Positions 26,827 to 35,075 of a DNA stretch of 51,603 nucleotides are shown here, one piece after another. Position numbers and translations under genes: made by a program. Location: IMG/VR virus record IMGVR_UViG_3300032024_000113, positions 1 through 51,603 of that record, one strand, 5' to 3'. Every line of letters begins with the position of its first letter. The stretch's first letter is position 1. The DNA is from a virus. Lineage: Duplodnaviria; Caudoviricetes. The notes under the pieces are model-generated. The model searched no databases, was not told the DNA's origin, and saw nothing but the letters and a program-made list of their open reading frames with translations.

Positions 26827-27156
26827 CTACTTCGGATCAGTCTCTGCCTTCTGTTTGTCCAGCACTTCCTTTAACGCTATTTCGCTACGGAGGTACTTCG
26901 CACCTTCGGCCGGATCGTTAATGCGATCAGCCGGTATCCATTTCGATGTCCCATTCAAGGTCTTGTGCAGCGTCCACGTCTTTCCAGACACCACTTCAAC
27001 CATGACAGCCACGTCCCCGCCAACCGACACACTGAACTGCTGGACCGCTGGGGACACGGGGATCGGTTCTGGTTTCTGCTCTTGAAACGCCAGCGCCCAA
27101 CCACCCGCCAACAAGGCGGCTACCGCGACGATACCGATTGCGAAACTGCGAGACAT
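26827..27156 (-). CDS. Small exported protein
   Basis: SD GAGGAG; signal peptide MSRSFAIGIVAVAALLAGGWALA. Confidence 0.65.
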   Translation of the reverse strand: MSRSFAIGIVAVAALLAGGWALAFQEQKPEPIPVSPAVQQFSVSVGGDVAVMVEVVSGKTWTLHKTLNGTSKWIPADRINDPAEGAKYLRSEIALKEVLDKQKAETDPK

Positions 27157-27249
27157 GATCTCCTCCTCTCCCATGAGTGACGCGAAAGATGACACCACTC
27201 CAAGATGGCACGGGGATGGGGAGATTGCAAGCGAACACGACAGCTGCGC

Positions 27250-28077
27250 TCAGTCCGGGCACTCAATGCGTTCGATGACCCACCGCTTCTTGTCCAGGCA
27301 CACGGCGTGTCCGCAGGCGCAGAGTACCCATGGCGCGTCACCGACGACGCGATTACATTGGGGGCAGTTGGTAGACGGAATGTCGACCGGCACGACCGGC
27401 ACAACAGGCGGCACAGCGAGCGTCTCCGGTACTGTAGCCAACTCAGTCACGTCCCCCGTCTCCAGCAAGCGGATCGGGAAGGGGAACTCGTGCCGCAAGC
27501 AACCCGGCAGCTTGTTCTCGCGTATCCAGATCTCGGTCTGAATCGCGCATGCGATATTCCACATGGCCTGGGGTAGGTGCGGCTCGTCCGTCTTGCCGCT
27601 GAGCACACAGAAGAGGTGCCGCAGCGCGGAGTCGATGTACCGGCGGAGCGGGATGCCACTTTCCCAGTTCCTATCGCCGTACTTGAGACAACCCGTCTCC
27701 ATCACCCGCGCGAGCTGCCGCACGGCGTCGGCGGGCAACAGGTCGAACCGCCCCTTGTTCTCGTCGATGTCACGCACAGCGCCAGTGCCGAACTCCGCAC
27801 GGGCGCCACTGTCTTGGAAGGTGGTCATGTGGTGGGGAAATCCTGCGGGTGGAAATCGGGCGTCACGCTCATCAGGCGGATACTTTTCCCAAGGCGGGCG
27901 GCGGTCAGGAGTCGGCAGCGGCGCACCTGGATATTTCGGCAGCGGCGGTTCACCCGGTCGGATGATGGGATCGAGCGGTTCGGCACTGTCGCACTTGAAG
28001 CACCGATCGCGGAGCGGCGACCACACCGTGTTACAGCGGGGACAGATCCAGCCGATGTTGCTCACGAGGTTGCTCAT
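27250..28077 (-). CDS. DUF5664-like dATP/dGTP diphosphohydrolase with zinc-ribbon extensions
   Basis: FGTGAVRD...KGRFDLLP...GCLKYGDRNWESGIP...SALRHL...EPHLPQAMWN. Confidence 0.85.
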   Translation of the reverse strand: MSNLVSNIGWICPRCNTVWSPLRDRCFKCDSAEPLDPIIRPGEPPLPKYPGAPLPTPDRRPPWEKYPPDERDARFPPAGFPHHMTTFQDSGARAEFGTGAVRDIDENKGRFDLLPADAVRQLARVMETGCLKYGDRNWESGIPLRRYIDSALRHLFCVLSGKTDEPHLPQAMWNIACAIQTEIWIRENKLPGCLRHEFPFPIRLLETGDVTELATVPETLAVPPVVPVVPVDIPSTNCPQCNRVVGDAPWVLCACGHAVCLDKKRWVIERIECPD

Positions 28078-28182
28078 GACGAGACTCCGCCAGTGTGAAA
28101 TACAAACAGCCGAGAATATAGGACCTGGCTGGCAGGCCACACGGATGCACCCGAGTTTCGTTCCCGGCTGTGAAGCAATCGT

Positions 28183-28476
28183 TCAGATCAGCTTCAGCAG
28201 TTGCATCAGCTTCGCGCTGAACGTGATCTCCACCACAACACCGCCGACTCGGATACGCTGCACGACCGAGTCCCACAACTGCCGGTCCCAGTGCGCAGTG
28301 TTGTCCTCGCGCATCTGCTTCGCGTAACCATCATAGTAGGGTTTGCACGCCCGACGGGCGTCCTCGTCGCCGCAACTGACAGCTTCGAGGGCCAACTCAC
28401 AGAAGCGAGTCGCGTCAGCGTCGTCCTCGATCGTGACGGTGACGTATTTTTCCTGCGGTTCGAACTGGACATTCAT
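28183..28476 (-). CDS. Hypothetical protein
   Basis: SD AAGGAG before ATG 28476. Confidence 0.6.
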   Translation of the reverse strand: MNVQFEPQEKYVTVTIEDDADATRFCELALEAVSCGDEDARRACKPYYDGYAKQMREDNTAHWDRQLWDSVVQRIRVGGVVVEITFSAKLMQLLKLI

Positions 28477-28504
28477 CACGCACTCCTTTTTTGAGTAGGT
28501 AAAA

Positions 28505-28680
28505 GCGGGCGCGGCAGGCACCCGCAGTAGTTAAGCGATGCAGCGTTCTGGCTTGATCCCCATATCGCCTTCCGCCTGCCGCGGCTTACGTGGTTAGGGA
28601 TCACACTTCCCCACGCGGCACACCCGTCAGCACTCGCCACATCTTGCCCCGCCGGAACGAATCGCCGACACGGGACTGTC
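28505..28680 (-). ncRNA. Candidate structured RNA or leader with a pseudoknot
   Basis: 10-bp stem 28510-28519/28574-28583; hairpin 28589-28615; 9-bp loop pairing 28554-28562/28595-28603; stem 28623-28631/28664-28674. Confidence 0.45.
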
Positions 28681-28704
28681 ACACGTCACAGGTAGGGTAT
28701 TCGT

Positions 28705-28932
28705 TTACTGCCGCAGTTCGCGGATGATGATCTGTTGCGAGCCGTGGACCAAGAGTTGCTTACTCTCCCCGCTGCCATCGGGACCGCCTTTCAACTCGAC
28801 CTCCTTGTCGTCATGGACGATCACCGACTTGGGGCCGTCATCCGGACCTTCCTCGGTGGTCCACTGTGTTCGGACGCCAATCACCGCACTCTCGCGGCTG
28901 TCATTGTTCTTTACCGTTACGTCAATCGACAT
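28705..28932 (-). CDS. Small beta-rich hypothetical protein
   Basis: SD GGAG; MSIDVTVKNND...IIIRELRQ. Confidence 0.6.
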   Translation of the reverse strand: MSIDVTVKNNDSRESAVIGVRTQWTTEEGPDDGPKSVIVHDDKEVELKGGPDGSGESKQLLVHGSQQIIIRELRQ

Positions 28933-28968
28933 GCTCAACTCCAAACAAAGAATCCAACACCGACCAAG

Positions 28969-29040
28969 TCAGGGGGGCAGGATTCGAACCTACTTCCGCG
29001 CACGTGCGGGAACGCCAGCGTGAGCTTTCGTCACCCCCTG
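28969..29040 (-). ncRNA. tRNA-like element without a canonical anticodon arm
   Basis: Perfect 7-bp acceptor CAGGGGG/CCCCCTG plus A; T-arm GTAGG-TTCGAAT-CCTGC; 72 nt; no 7-nt anticodon loop can be folded. Confidence 0.65.
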
Positions 29041-29042
29041 TA

Positions 29043-29192
29043 ACGCCGACAGCCAAGACCTGTCGGTGTATTGCGAGCATTCCGCAGCTCACCAGCGGCT
29101 CATCTGCGTTTCACCAGTACATTGCAGTCCGCCCGCGTGGATGAGCACGGTAGCGCTGTCGACCGGGAGGCATCAGTCTTGGGTGAGCCTCC
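29043..29192. ncRNA. Candidate multi-stem RNA with a loop-loop (kissing) interaction
   Basis: Hairpins at 29043-29069 and 29166-29192 with complementary loops CCAAGAC/GTCTTGG; central stem 29093-29104/29140-29158. Confidence 0.55.
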
Positions 29193-29205
29193 AATAAAAG
29201 TGAAA

Positions 29206-29280
29206 TAGCGGTGGCTGGATTCGAACCAGCGATCTCGTGGTTATGAGCCACGCGGGAACGACCAACTTCCCTACACCGCA
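29206..29280 (-). tRNA. tRNA-Met(CAT), initiator-like; CCA not encoded
   Basis: Cloverleaf TGCGGTG...GGGA/TCCC...CGTGG-CTCATAA-CCACG...GCTGG-TTCGAAT-CCAGC-CACCGCT-A, with a 1:72 mismatch. Confidence 0.93.
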
Positions 29281-29286
29281 TCATGA

Positions 29287-30222
29287 TCACTCATCACCGA
29301 CCTGAAGTAGAAACGGAAAATCAGCGAGGAGCTTTGGTTTCTGATCAGCGTCGCTGGCTTTCAGATTCGCTTCCAACGCCGAATCTTCCACTCGCAAGGC
29401 TTTCAGATCCTCCAGCGTCGGACACGGTACGGTTTCGTCAACAGCCCATAGCAAATTGACGTCGCTGCACCATTGCCGCATCCGCCGCACCGGCACAATC
29501 ATGTTGAACCCTTCTCCGGCGCCGCGTACCAGCATCCCAATGTATCGCCCGCGTTCTTCACCTTCTGCCGCGAGAAACACACCGCCACCTGACGAGCCAG
29601 GGAATGCTGTGACGGTGGTCTGATCAAAGATCACACCCGAGCTTTTTCCGATATCCAGCACGCGCCCCACCTGCGACATGATGCCGCTCGTCATCGAGTT
29701 GGCGCCCGACTGCCCGAGCAAACTCCCGACGTGAAAGAGGGTCGTACCGATCGGCACCGGATCGTCTTTGACGTAGAACTTCGCGCTGTCGGTCACGAAG
29801 TCTTGCTTGCGAACCATCAGCAATGCCAAGTCTTGGCCGTTGTCCGCGTCGGAATACTTGACGACCGTCGCGTCCATACGCAGTTCGCCGACCTTGCGAC
29901 CGTTTTCGACAAGCTCTTTGACGATCTTGGCTTCTTTGAATTCGACCGTCTTCTTCTCGACACCCTTCGAGTCGATAACCGTGCGCACTGACCGCAACGA
30001 ATCGACGACGTGCCCAGCTGTCCAGATGAAATTCACTTTACGTGTTTCTGTGCTGTCGGACTTGAGCTTCAGCTCGCGTGTGATGATCACGCCCGATCCT
30101 TCGCCTTGTCCGGTATTGACGGTTACGCTTATTTCTTGCAAGTGCTTCGGCAGATCGTCACCCATCGCACATTTCCAGACACAACCCAGTAACACACAGA
30201 CAGCCATCAGCAGTTTGCACAT
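29287..30222 (-). CDS. Exported trypsin-like serine protease
   Basis: Catalytic triad motifs WTAGHVV, GQDLALL and FPGSSGGG; N-terminal signal peptide. Confidence 0.88.
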   Translation of the reverse strand: MCKLLMAVCVLLGCVWKCAMGDDLPKHLQEISVTVNTGQGEGSGVIITRELKLKSDSTETRKVNFIWTAGHVVDSLRSVRTVIDSKGVEKKTVEFKEAKIVKELVENGRKVGELRMDATVVKYSDADNGQDLALLMVRKQDFVTDSAKFYVKDDPVPIGTTLFHVGSLLGQSGANSMTSGIMSQVGRVLDIGKSSGVIFDQTTVTAFPGSSGGGVFLAAEGEERGRYIGMLVRGAGEGFNMIVPVRRMRQWCSDVNLLWAVDETVPCPTLEDLKALRVEDSALEANLKASDADQKPKLLADFPFLLQVGDE

Positions 30223-30257
30223 GTCAACGCATCCTTTTCGTTGATTTGGAAAGAACA

Positions 30258-30449
30258 TCACGTCTCCGCCTTCTCCGGCGTTCCTGAGAGTTTCCGTGCG
30301 AGCCAGATCCGTCGACACGAATGGCACCGCGGTCGCAGCGTTCCGGGCGTGTAGGTCGGGTGCTTGCTGCACTGGCCAAAGATCATATCGAAGTTGCGGC
30401 GGAACGATCTATAGTCCACCGTGCGATTTGTATCGCCCTTGCCGGACAT
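30258..30449 (-). CDS. Small hypothetical protein
   Basis: MSGKGDTNR...NFDMIF; SD AAGGAG. Confidence 0.55.
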   Translation of the reverse strand: MSGKGDTNRTVDYRSFRRNFDMIFGQCSKHPTYTPGTLRPRCHSCRRIWLARKLSGTPEKAET

Positions 30450-30460
30450 GGCGTGCTCCT

Positions 30461-31033
30461 TCACTCGATGTGGAAATAGCGGGGGCCGCTGGACGCCGCC
30501 AGCGTGATCTTGGGTTTGGGTGGTGATTGCGGTATGACGGGCTCGCGGCGGGCGAGCGTCCCGAGGTTCCGGCGGGCTTGTTCGAGCCTCGCGTGTTCAA
30601 ACCTTTCGTGATCGAACGCGTCATTGGACGTGCCCCGCGTAGCCCGCGACCAGCCCCTCGCAATTCGCTGAGCCACCTCGCGATTCGTCTCCAGCGACGG
30701 CGGCTGCGGGGACGAGAAGGGCACCGGCGTCAGGCGACGATCCAACTCGCGTTTCATCCATCCCCAGACTTCGGCGAGGTGCTGTCGGGAATCGTCGACC
30801 GTGCGACACCCCGCCAGTGTGCTGGCATGAATGTACTGGACGATCTGACCGCCATCTCGCGACAACGTGAGCACGAAACAGCCCTTGTACCGATCCTCCC
30901 GCACCTCCGACTTGTAGCCAACAAACCGCTGGGGGATACAGACGGACGCCCGCACCACATCGTCGCTGCTCGCGGCGAGGGTGGGGTCAATAGAGACAGT
31001 CGCCCAGTAAGGTGGTTCCGTTGCCAGCGACAT
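30461..31033 (-). CDS. Hypothetical protein
   Basis: SD GAGG before ATG 31033. Confidence 0.5.
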   Translation of the reverse strand: MSLATEPPYWATVSIDPTLAASSDDVVRASVCIPQRFVGYKSEVREDRYKGCFVLTLSRDGGQIVQYIHASTLAGCRTVDDSRQHLAEVWGWMKRELDRRLTPVPFSSPQPPSLETNREVAQRIARGWSRATRGTSNDAFDHERFEHARLEQARRNLGTLARREPVIPQSPPKPKITLAASSGPRYFHIE

Positions 31034-31083
31034 ACCGTTCCTCACTTCCAGCCAGGTTATTTGCATCCGCCAGTGACTCGCGG

Positions 31084-31326
31084 TTATTCGCTGTACCGCG
31101 ACTTGCCCAGCATCCAGAGCGTCTCGACCCGCGCGACCTCCACTTCGAAGTCCTCGGGCAATTGACCCGCGCGTTTGAGCCGCGTCAGATCGTCCCACTT
31201 GGCACGTAACAGGGCGGCTCGCCGCTGAATCTCCAAGGGCGTGGGGTCAGGAACCCGGTCGTTCCGCTGCAGTCCCCGCTGCCGTTTCCAACGCTTGTTG
31301 ATGCCGTTCGGTGTGTCCGCAATCAT
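31084..31326 (-). CDS. Hypothetical protein
   Basis: DPTPLEIQRRAALLRAKW; SD AGGAGG. Confidence 0.6.
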   Translation of the reverse strand: MIADTPNGINKRWKRQRGLQRNDRVPDPTPLEIQRRAALLRAKWDDLTRLKRAGQLPEDFEVEVARVETLWMLGKSRYSE

Positions 31327-31358
31327 GCTCTCCTCCTGACCTGGCAATCGGTGCGTGT

Positions 31359-31904
31359 TTAGTTGGCCCCCCCTGACTCGCCACTCGTGATGCGGTGCAA
31401 CCGATCACGAGCTGCACGGAGGACCCGTAGTTCCTCTACGGTCAACTGCTCGACGGCCTGACGGTGGACATCTATGTCTATTCCGTCAGTCGTCGTCTGG
31501 GCCACTTTCTGGGGTGCATCCACCCCGTAGACTGAACCGGCCGACTTGAGGGCGTTGAGCTTGATGCTCTCACTCTTGGTCGTCCGGGCCATTTCCATGT
31601 AGCGCGCGAAGAACTCAGCCCGGAGCTGGTTCAGGTCGAGCTTGTTAGTTTCGGCTAGTCTCGCGCGCGCGAGCAGTAAATACGTTTCCACCTGGCGAGA
31701 CCCGACCCCCCATCGGGACCGAAAGAACTTCTTAATCTCGTGCTTGCGGCGACCATCCAGGACCATCTGGATCGTCAGTAGAATGCGTTCTTCTTTTTCC
31801 GGCACACTAGCCCGTGTCGGCCGCACATCGGGCGGAATGGGCTGACTGGGCGGCGATGTATTCACCGAGAACGTCCGCGTACCAGTCTGGGGAACCTGAG
31901 CCAT
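31359..31904 (-). CDS. HTH protein, candidate terminase small subunit
   Basis: N-terminal HTH (WGVGSRQVETYL), helical middle and C-terminal YGVDAPQKVAQTTTDG...LTVEEL, a TerS-like layout. Confidence 0.5.
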   Translation of the reverse strand: MAQVPQTGTRTFSVNTSPPSQPIPPDVRPTRASVPEKEERILLTIQMVLDGRRKHEIKKFFRSRWGVGSRQVETYLLLARARLAETNKLDLNQLRAEFFARYMEMARTTKSESIKLNALKSAGSVYGVDAPQKVAQTTTDGIDIDVHRQAVEQLTVEELRVLRAARDRLHRITSGESGGAN

Positions 31905-32191
31905 CGTGCGAAACTTCCCTCAAGAACCAAAAACAAGACCCCCCGCGCAGAGGTTCAATTCTGACACGGGGGGCCACTCGCAAGGTGTCCAGCGGCTATG
32001 AACTACGTGGCTATGCATCGTGACAACCTTGGTGCGCCGGTTGTGTCGGCAAATCCTTGCCTGCTGGTGTCATCCTGATCGCGCGCCGGGCAGGGTTGAT
32101 CGGTGGGATGACGTAGTCCGCGTTGGACCATTTCGCCTGAGAGCATGACCAGTCTACCTGGAGTTGTGCAATAGCCAGAACAATAATGCGC

Positions 32192-32244
32192 AAAAAAAAG
32201 CCGCCCCGTGCGCAGCTGGATACGAGGGCTGGCACGGGGCGACT
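32192..32244 (-). terminator. Rho-independent terminator
   Basis: GTCGCCCCGTGC/GCACGGGGCGGC stem followed by T8 on the minus strand. Confidence 0.65.
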
Positions 32245-32480
32245 GGGCAGGGCAAGTCGAAATGCTCGGTCGAGTTTTACGCCTTCGGGGGCGACATGCG
32301 CGGATTACGCCTTCGCGGCATCGCGCAGTAAGCGGTAGTTGTTGTCCACTTTGCGTTCCAGATCGGCCATGAGCCCTAGTAAACGGGTGAGGATCATGAC
32401 CAGTTGTTTGTCGCAGTCATCCATGGCTTCCATGTGCTGAAGCTCACGGGTGATTTCACTGAACGTGTCGGGGTCCAGGA

Positions 32481-32747
32481 TCAAGACTCACCTCCGGTTT
32501 CCTGCAAGCACTTGTTCTGAAACCCCGTGCCTGCACAGGCGGGGCAGTCCGAGAGCACGTCGCACGCACCTTGGACTGTGGAGATCATGCCGTTGCCATC
32601 GCAATCACGGCAGCGTTTGCGGACGGGGATTTCAGTGCCACTGGCGACTTCTGCCAGATACCGCAGGTCCTCGTAGGATTCTGTGGGCAGTCCGAACCTG
32701 ATCCGTTCCACAATGCGGTCCAGGCGTGCTTTGTCGATAGTAACCAT
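32481..32747 (-). CDS. DnaJ-type zinc-finger small protein
   Basis: CRDCDGNG...CPACAGTG. Confidence 0.6.
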   Translation of the reverse strand: MVTIDKARLDRIVERIRFGLPTESYEDLRYLAEVASGTEIPVRKRCRDCDGNGMISTVQGACDVLSDCPACAGTGFQNKCLQETGGES

Positions 32748-32891
32748 ATCCGTTGCGTTCCTTTCTCCAAAAATGTGCGGTTGTCGTGGACTCTTCCTTC
32801 TCCGACATACGTTTCGGATTCTCCTGATATCCACGCTTTTAGGTAGTCGCGAATTACTACTCCAAGCAACTCAGTCAACCACACAGGCGAT

Positions 32892-33252
32892 TCAGCAAAT
32901 CCGCCACTCCAACACGAGTGGCACTTGGTGAATGAAGTTATCCACGTCGTCCGCATCGAACAGCAGGACACCGTGAGTTTGTTGGGACCCGTTGATGCCG
33001 ACCGAGATCAACCGGGCGACCTCGGGCGTGCGCCAGGGCGGCAGGTGCAGAGAGAGCTTTCTCGACCAGCGCGTCGTCGAACGCGATCCCCGGAGCGTAA
33101 TGCCCGTCGAGCACCAGGGCTTGGGGCTGGACGGACGTCGGGAAGGTGAAGCGGCTCAGGAACGTGAACCTACCGTCGCGCACGGCTTGCAGGTAGATGT
33201 CCAGGGCACTGACGCTGCGGTGTTGTTTGACGGGAGCGAGTTGGGTGACCAT
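32892..33252 (-). CDS. Hypothetical protein with an apparent frameshift in a (CT)4 repeat
   Basis: SD AAGGAGG. After 33049-33056 the coding-like reading continues in the +1 frame (LHLPPWRTPEVARLISV...WRIC*). Confidence 0.55.
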
Positions 33253-33344
33253 GTGGCAAAACCTCCTTGTGATCCAATAGAAACGCCCCACTGGGGGTTG
33301 GAGACACCAGTGGGGCGCGTTGGGGGAATCAATCAATTGACTGA

Positions 33345-33365
33345 GAGAGTGTAGTACCGTTTTGA
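33345..33365 (-). promoter_or_regulatory. 21-bp intergenic motif, copy 1 (putative phage promoter)
   Basis: TCAAAACGGTACTACACTCTC, identical to 44535-44555; contains the -10-like TACACT. Confidence 0.6.
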
Positions 33366-33396
33366 GGTCCGGTACAGAGACTCACGAATTTTCTGG

Positions 33397-33798
33397 TCAG
33401 TCGTCCTCCTCGGCCGGGAAGTCGCCGTGATTGAGGCCCCGCAGGTTCTGCATGGCCGATCCGCCACGCCACACCTGCATGAGCCAGCCGTGGTACCGCC
33501 AATCCTCCGGCAGGTGCGCATGGCACTCGTCCTTGAAGTTGTGGTAGTCCATTTCGTTGGCGATGGTTTGTAGCAGGAACGCGAACTCCTGCTTGGTCAT
33601 CACGACCCGGTAGGCGTAATCCCGGTCCGGGGTCCATTCGACCTCGGCCGCGACCGGATTGATATCGACAGACTTGAGGATGGCTTCCAGGTGTTCCCGC
33701 CGCCTGGCGCGGACCATGACCTTGTTCTTGAGGAGGCGTCCCTTCTCGCTGCGGGGACAGACTGCGGAGATGAAACCGTCTTTGGTGAATAGCCACAT
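33397..33798 (-). CDS. Hypothetical phage protein
   Basis: MWLFTKDGFISAV...VRARRREHLE...DYAYR...MDYHNFK. Confidence 0.7.
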   Translation of the reverse strand: MWLFTKDGFISAVCPRSEKGRLLKNKVMVRARRREHLEAILKSVDINPVAAEVEWTPDRDYAYRVVMTKQEFAFLLQTIANEMDYHNFKDECHAHLPEDWRYHGWLMQVWRGGSAMQNLRGLNHGDFPAEEDD

Positions 33799-33859
33799 AG
33801 TGATGGGGTTCCTTTCTGTGATGAATCTTGAAACCGTGAGTAAAAACACAGAGTTCTAC

Positions 33860-34339
33860 TCAGGACTGAGGCGTGTTTTTGATGGACCGCACCCAGATCC
33901 AGATGTCACCGGGATCGTATCGCACGTCGCCGTTGGGCAAGGTGATACAGGGCGGTCCGTGCCCCTCCTTGACCAGCTTATTGAAGCGATTTTCGCTCAG
34001 CCCGAGAATTCGACCGGCCTCGAACGGGTGGAGTAGCGTTGTAGCATCAGTGCGGGCGTACTCTCCGCACCATTCGTTATCCTCGATGATCGGCCACATC
34101 CGATCACTAATGTAGTGTGGCAAAGGAGTACGGATATTCTCAGACTCCTTCCGGTGCTCAAACGAGAATCGCTGGAGCGCGTGCGCTACGGTTTCGACAT
34201 TGACAGGTGCGGAAGGGTCCTGGCGATCCATGGATAGCCTTTCCGTGTGTTGGATCGTCGGAGGCATCCTCCGGCACTCACCGTTCGTGTGGCCGATCTG
34301 AGACCGCCACCATTTGCATGTTGCACATGTTCCGATCAT
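33860..34339 (-). CDS. Cys-cluster domain fused to an Xis/AlpA-like HTH
   Basis: CATC...GECRRMPP...WCGE followed by LLHPFEAGRILGLS...GPP...VRYDPGDI. Confidence 0.65.
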   Translation of the reverse strand: MIGTCATCKWWRSQIGHTNGECRRMPPTIQHTERLSMDRQDPSAPVNVETVAHALQRFSFEHRKESENIRTPLPHYISDRMWPIIEDNEWCGEYARTDATTLLHPFEAGRILGLSENRFNKLVKEGHGPPCITLPNGDVRYDPGDIWIWVRSIKNTPQS

Positions 34340-34428
34340 GGTTCCTATCTCCAGTTACGTTGTTGGTGTGAGCCAGCGAATCGTGTGTTCTTTGTACCAT
34401 GTCCATCTGATGGCAGTGGGTTCTCCTT

Positions 34429-34995
34429 TCACTCGTCCGTAAAATCGAAGAGGGTAAGTTGCGTAGCGTGTGGGTTGTCGTCCACGAGCAATGTGACGGC
34501 CGGCCCCAGGAAGACCCAGGTCTCCTTGCCGCACTTGGCAGTCATGCGGTGATAGAACCCACGCGGGTCCCGCCGGGCGAAGGCCCCGCCTTGGTCTTTG
34601 GTCTTGGCGTGGTAGTCAGTGGGACGGCCCCACTGCTCCGTCTTCCACTCGGCCAGGCGGATCACCCGCCAGGCTTCGCAGAGTTCCTTGTCCTGGTCTG
34701 TGCCGCGGGGACCAACGCCCATGGCCACGTAGAACCGGCCGTCGATCTCGAAGGGCTTGTGAATGCGGCCTTCCGTGGGCAGCAGGGCACACGAGATGCT
34801 TTCCCACCACGGTCCGCGTTGATCCCGCCAGACATGCTCGAAGCCGTAGTGGTCCACGTAGCGAATGCTCCCGTCCGGTGCATCGCGGCGCTGCTCGTAG
34901 GGTGGCCGCTTGTCCGGTTTGAATCGCTTGCCGGTCCGCACGTAGCCGGGACGGGCCACCAACTGGGACGAGACGATGATGACGGTGCTGGTCAT
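34429..34995 (-). CDS. Hypothetical protein
   Basis: SD AAAGGA; about 188 aa. Confidence 0.6.
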   Translation of the reverse strand: MTSTVIIVSSQLVARPGYVRTGKRFKPDKRPPYEQRRDAPDGSIRYVDHYGFEHVWRDQRGPWWESISCALLPTEGRIHKPFEIDGRFYVAMGVGPRGTDQDKELCEAWRVIRLAEWKTEQWGRPTDYHAKTKDQGGAFARRDPRGFYHRMTAKCGKETWVFLGPAVTLLVDDNPHATQLTLFDFTDE

Positions 34996-35011
34996 AGTGC
35001 TGGTCCTTTCC

Positions 35012-35043
35012 AATAAAAAACCCCCGCCGGCAAAGGCGAGGGT
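35012..35043 (-). terminator. Rho-independent terminator
   Basis: ACCCTCGCC-TTTGCC-GGCGGGGGT followed by TTTTTATT. Confidence 0.7.
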
Positions 35044-35075
35044 GTGTGTAAGGTTGTTCCAGGCATCGGCTAGGC

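Noticed and set aside
28969-29200. tmRNA or hammerhead ribozyme
   Set aside because: The acceptor closes after only 72 nt, with no G3-U70 pair or tag ORF. CTGATG is not followed by the hammerhead core in the right stem context.
31938-31973. CCCCCCG...CGGGGGG inverted repeat as a terminator or ncRNA
   Set aside because: Large irregular loop and an interrupted T-tract; not enough support to call.
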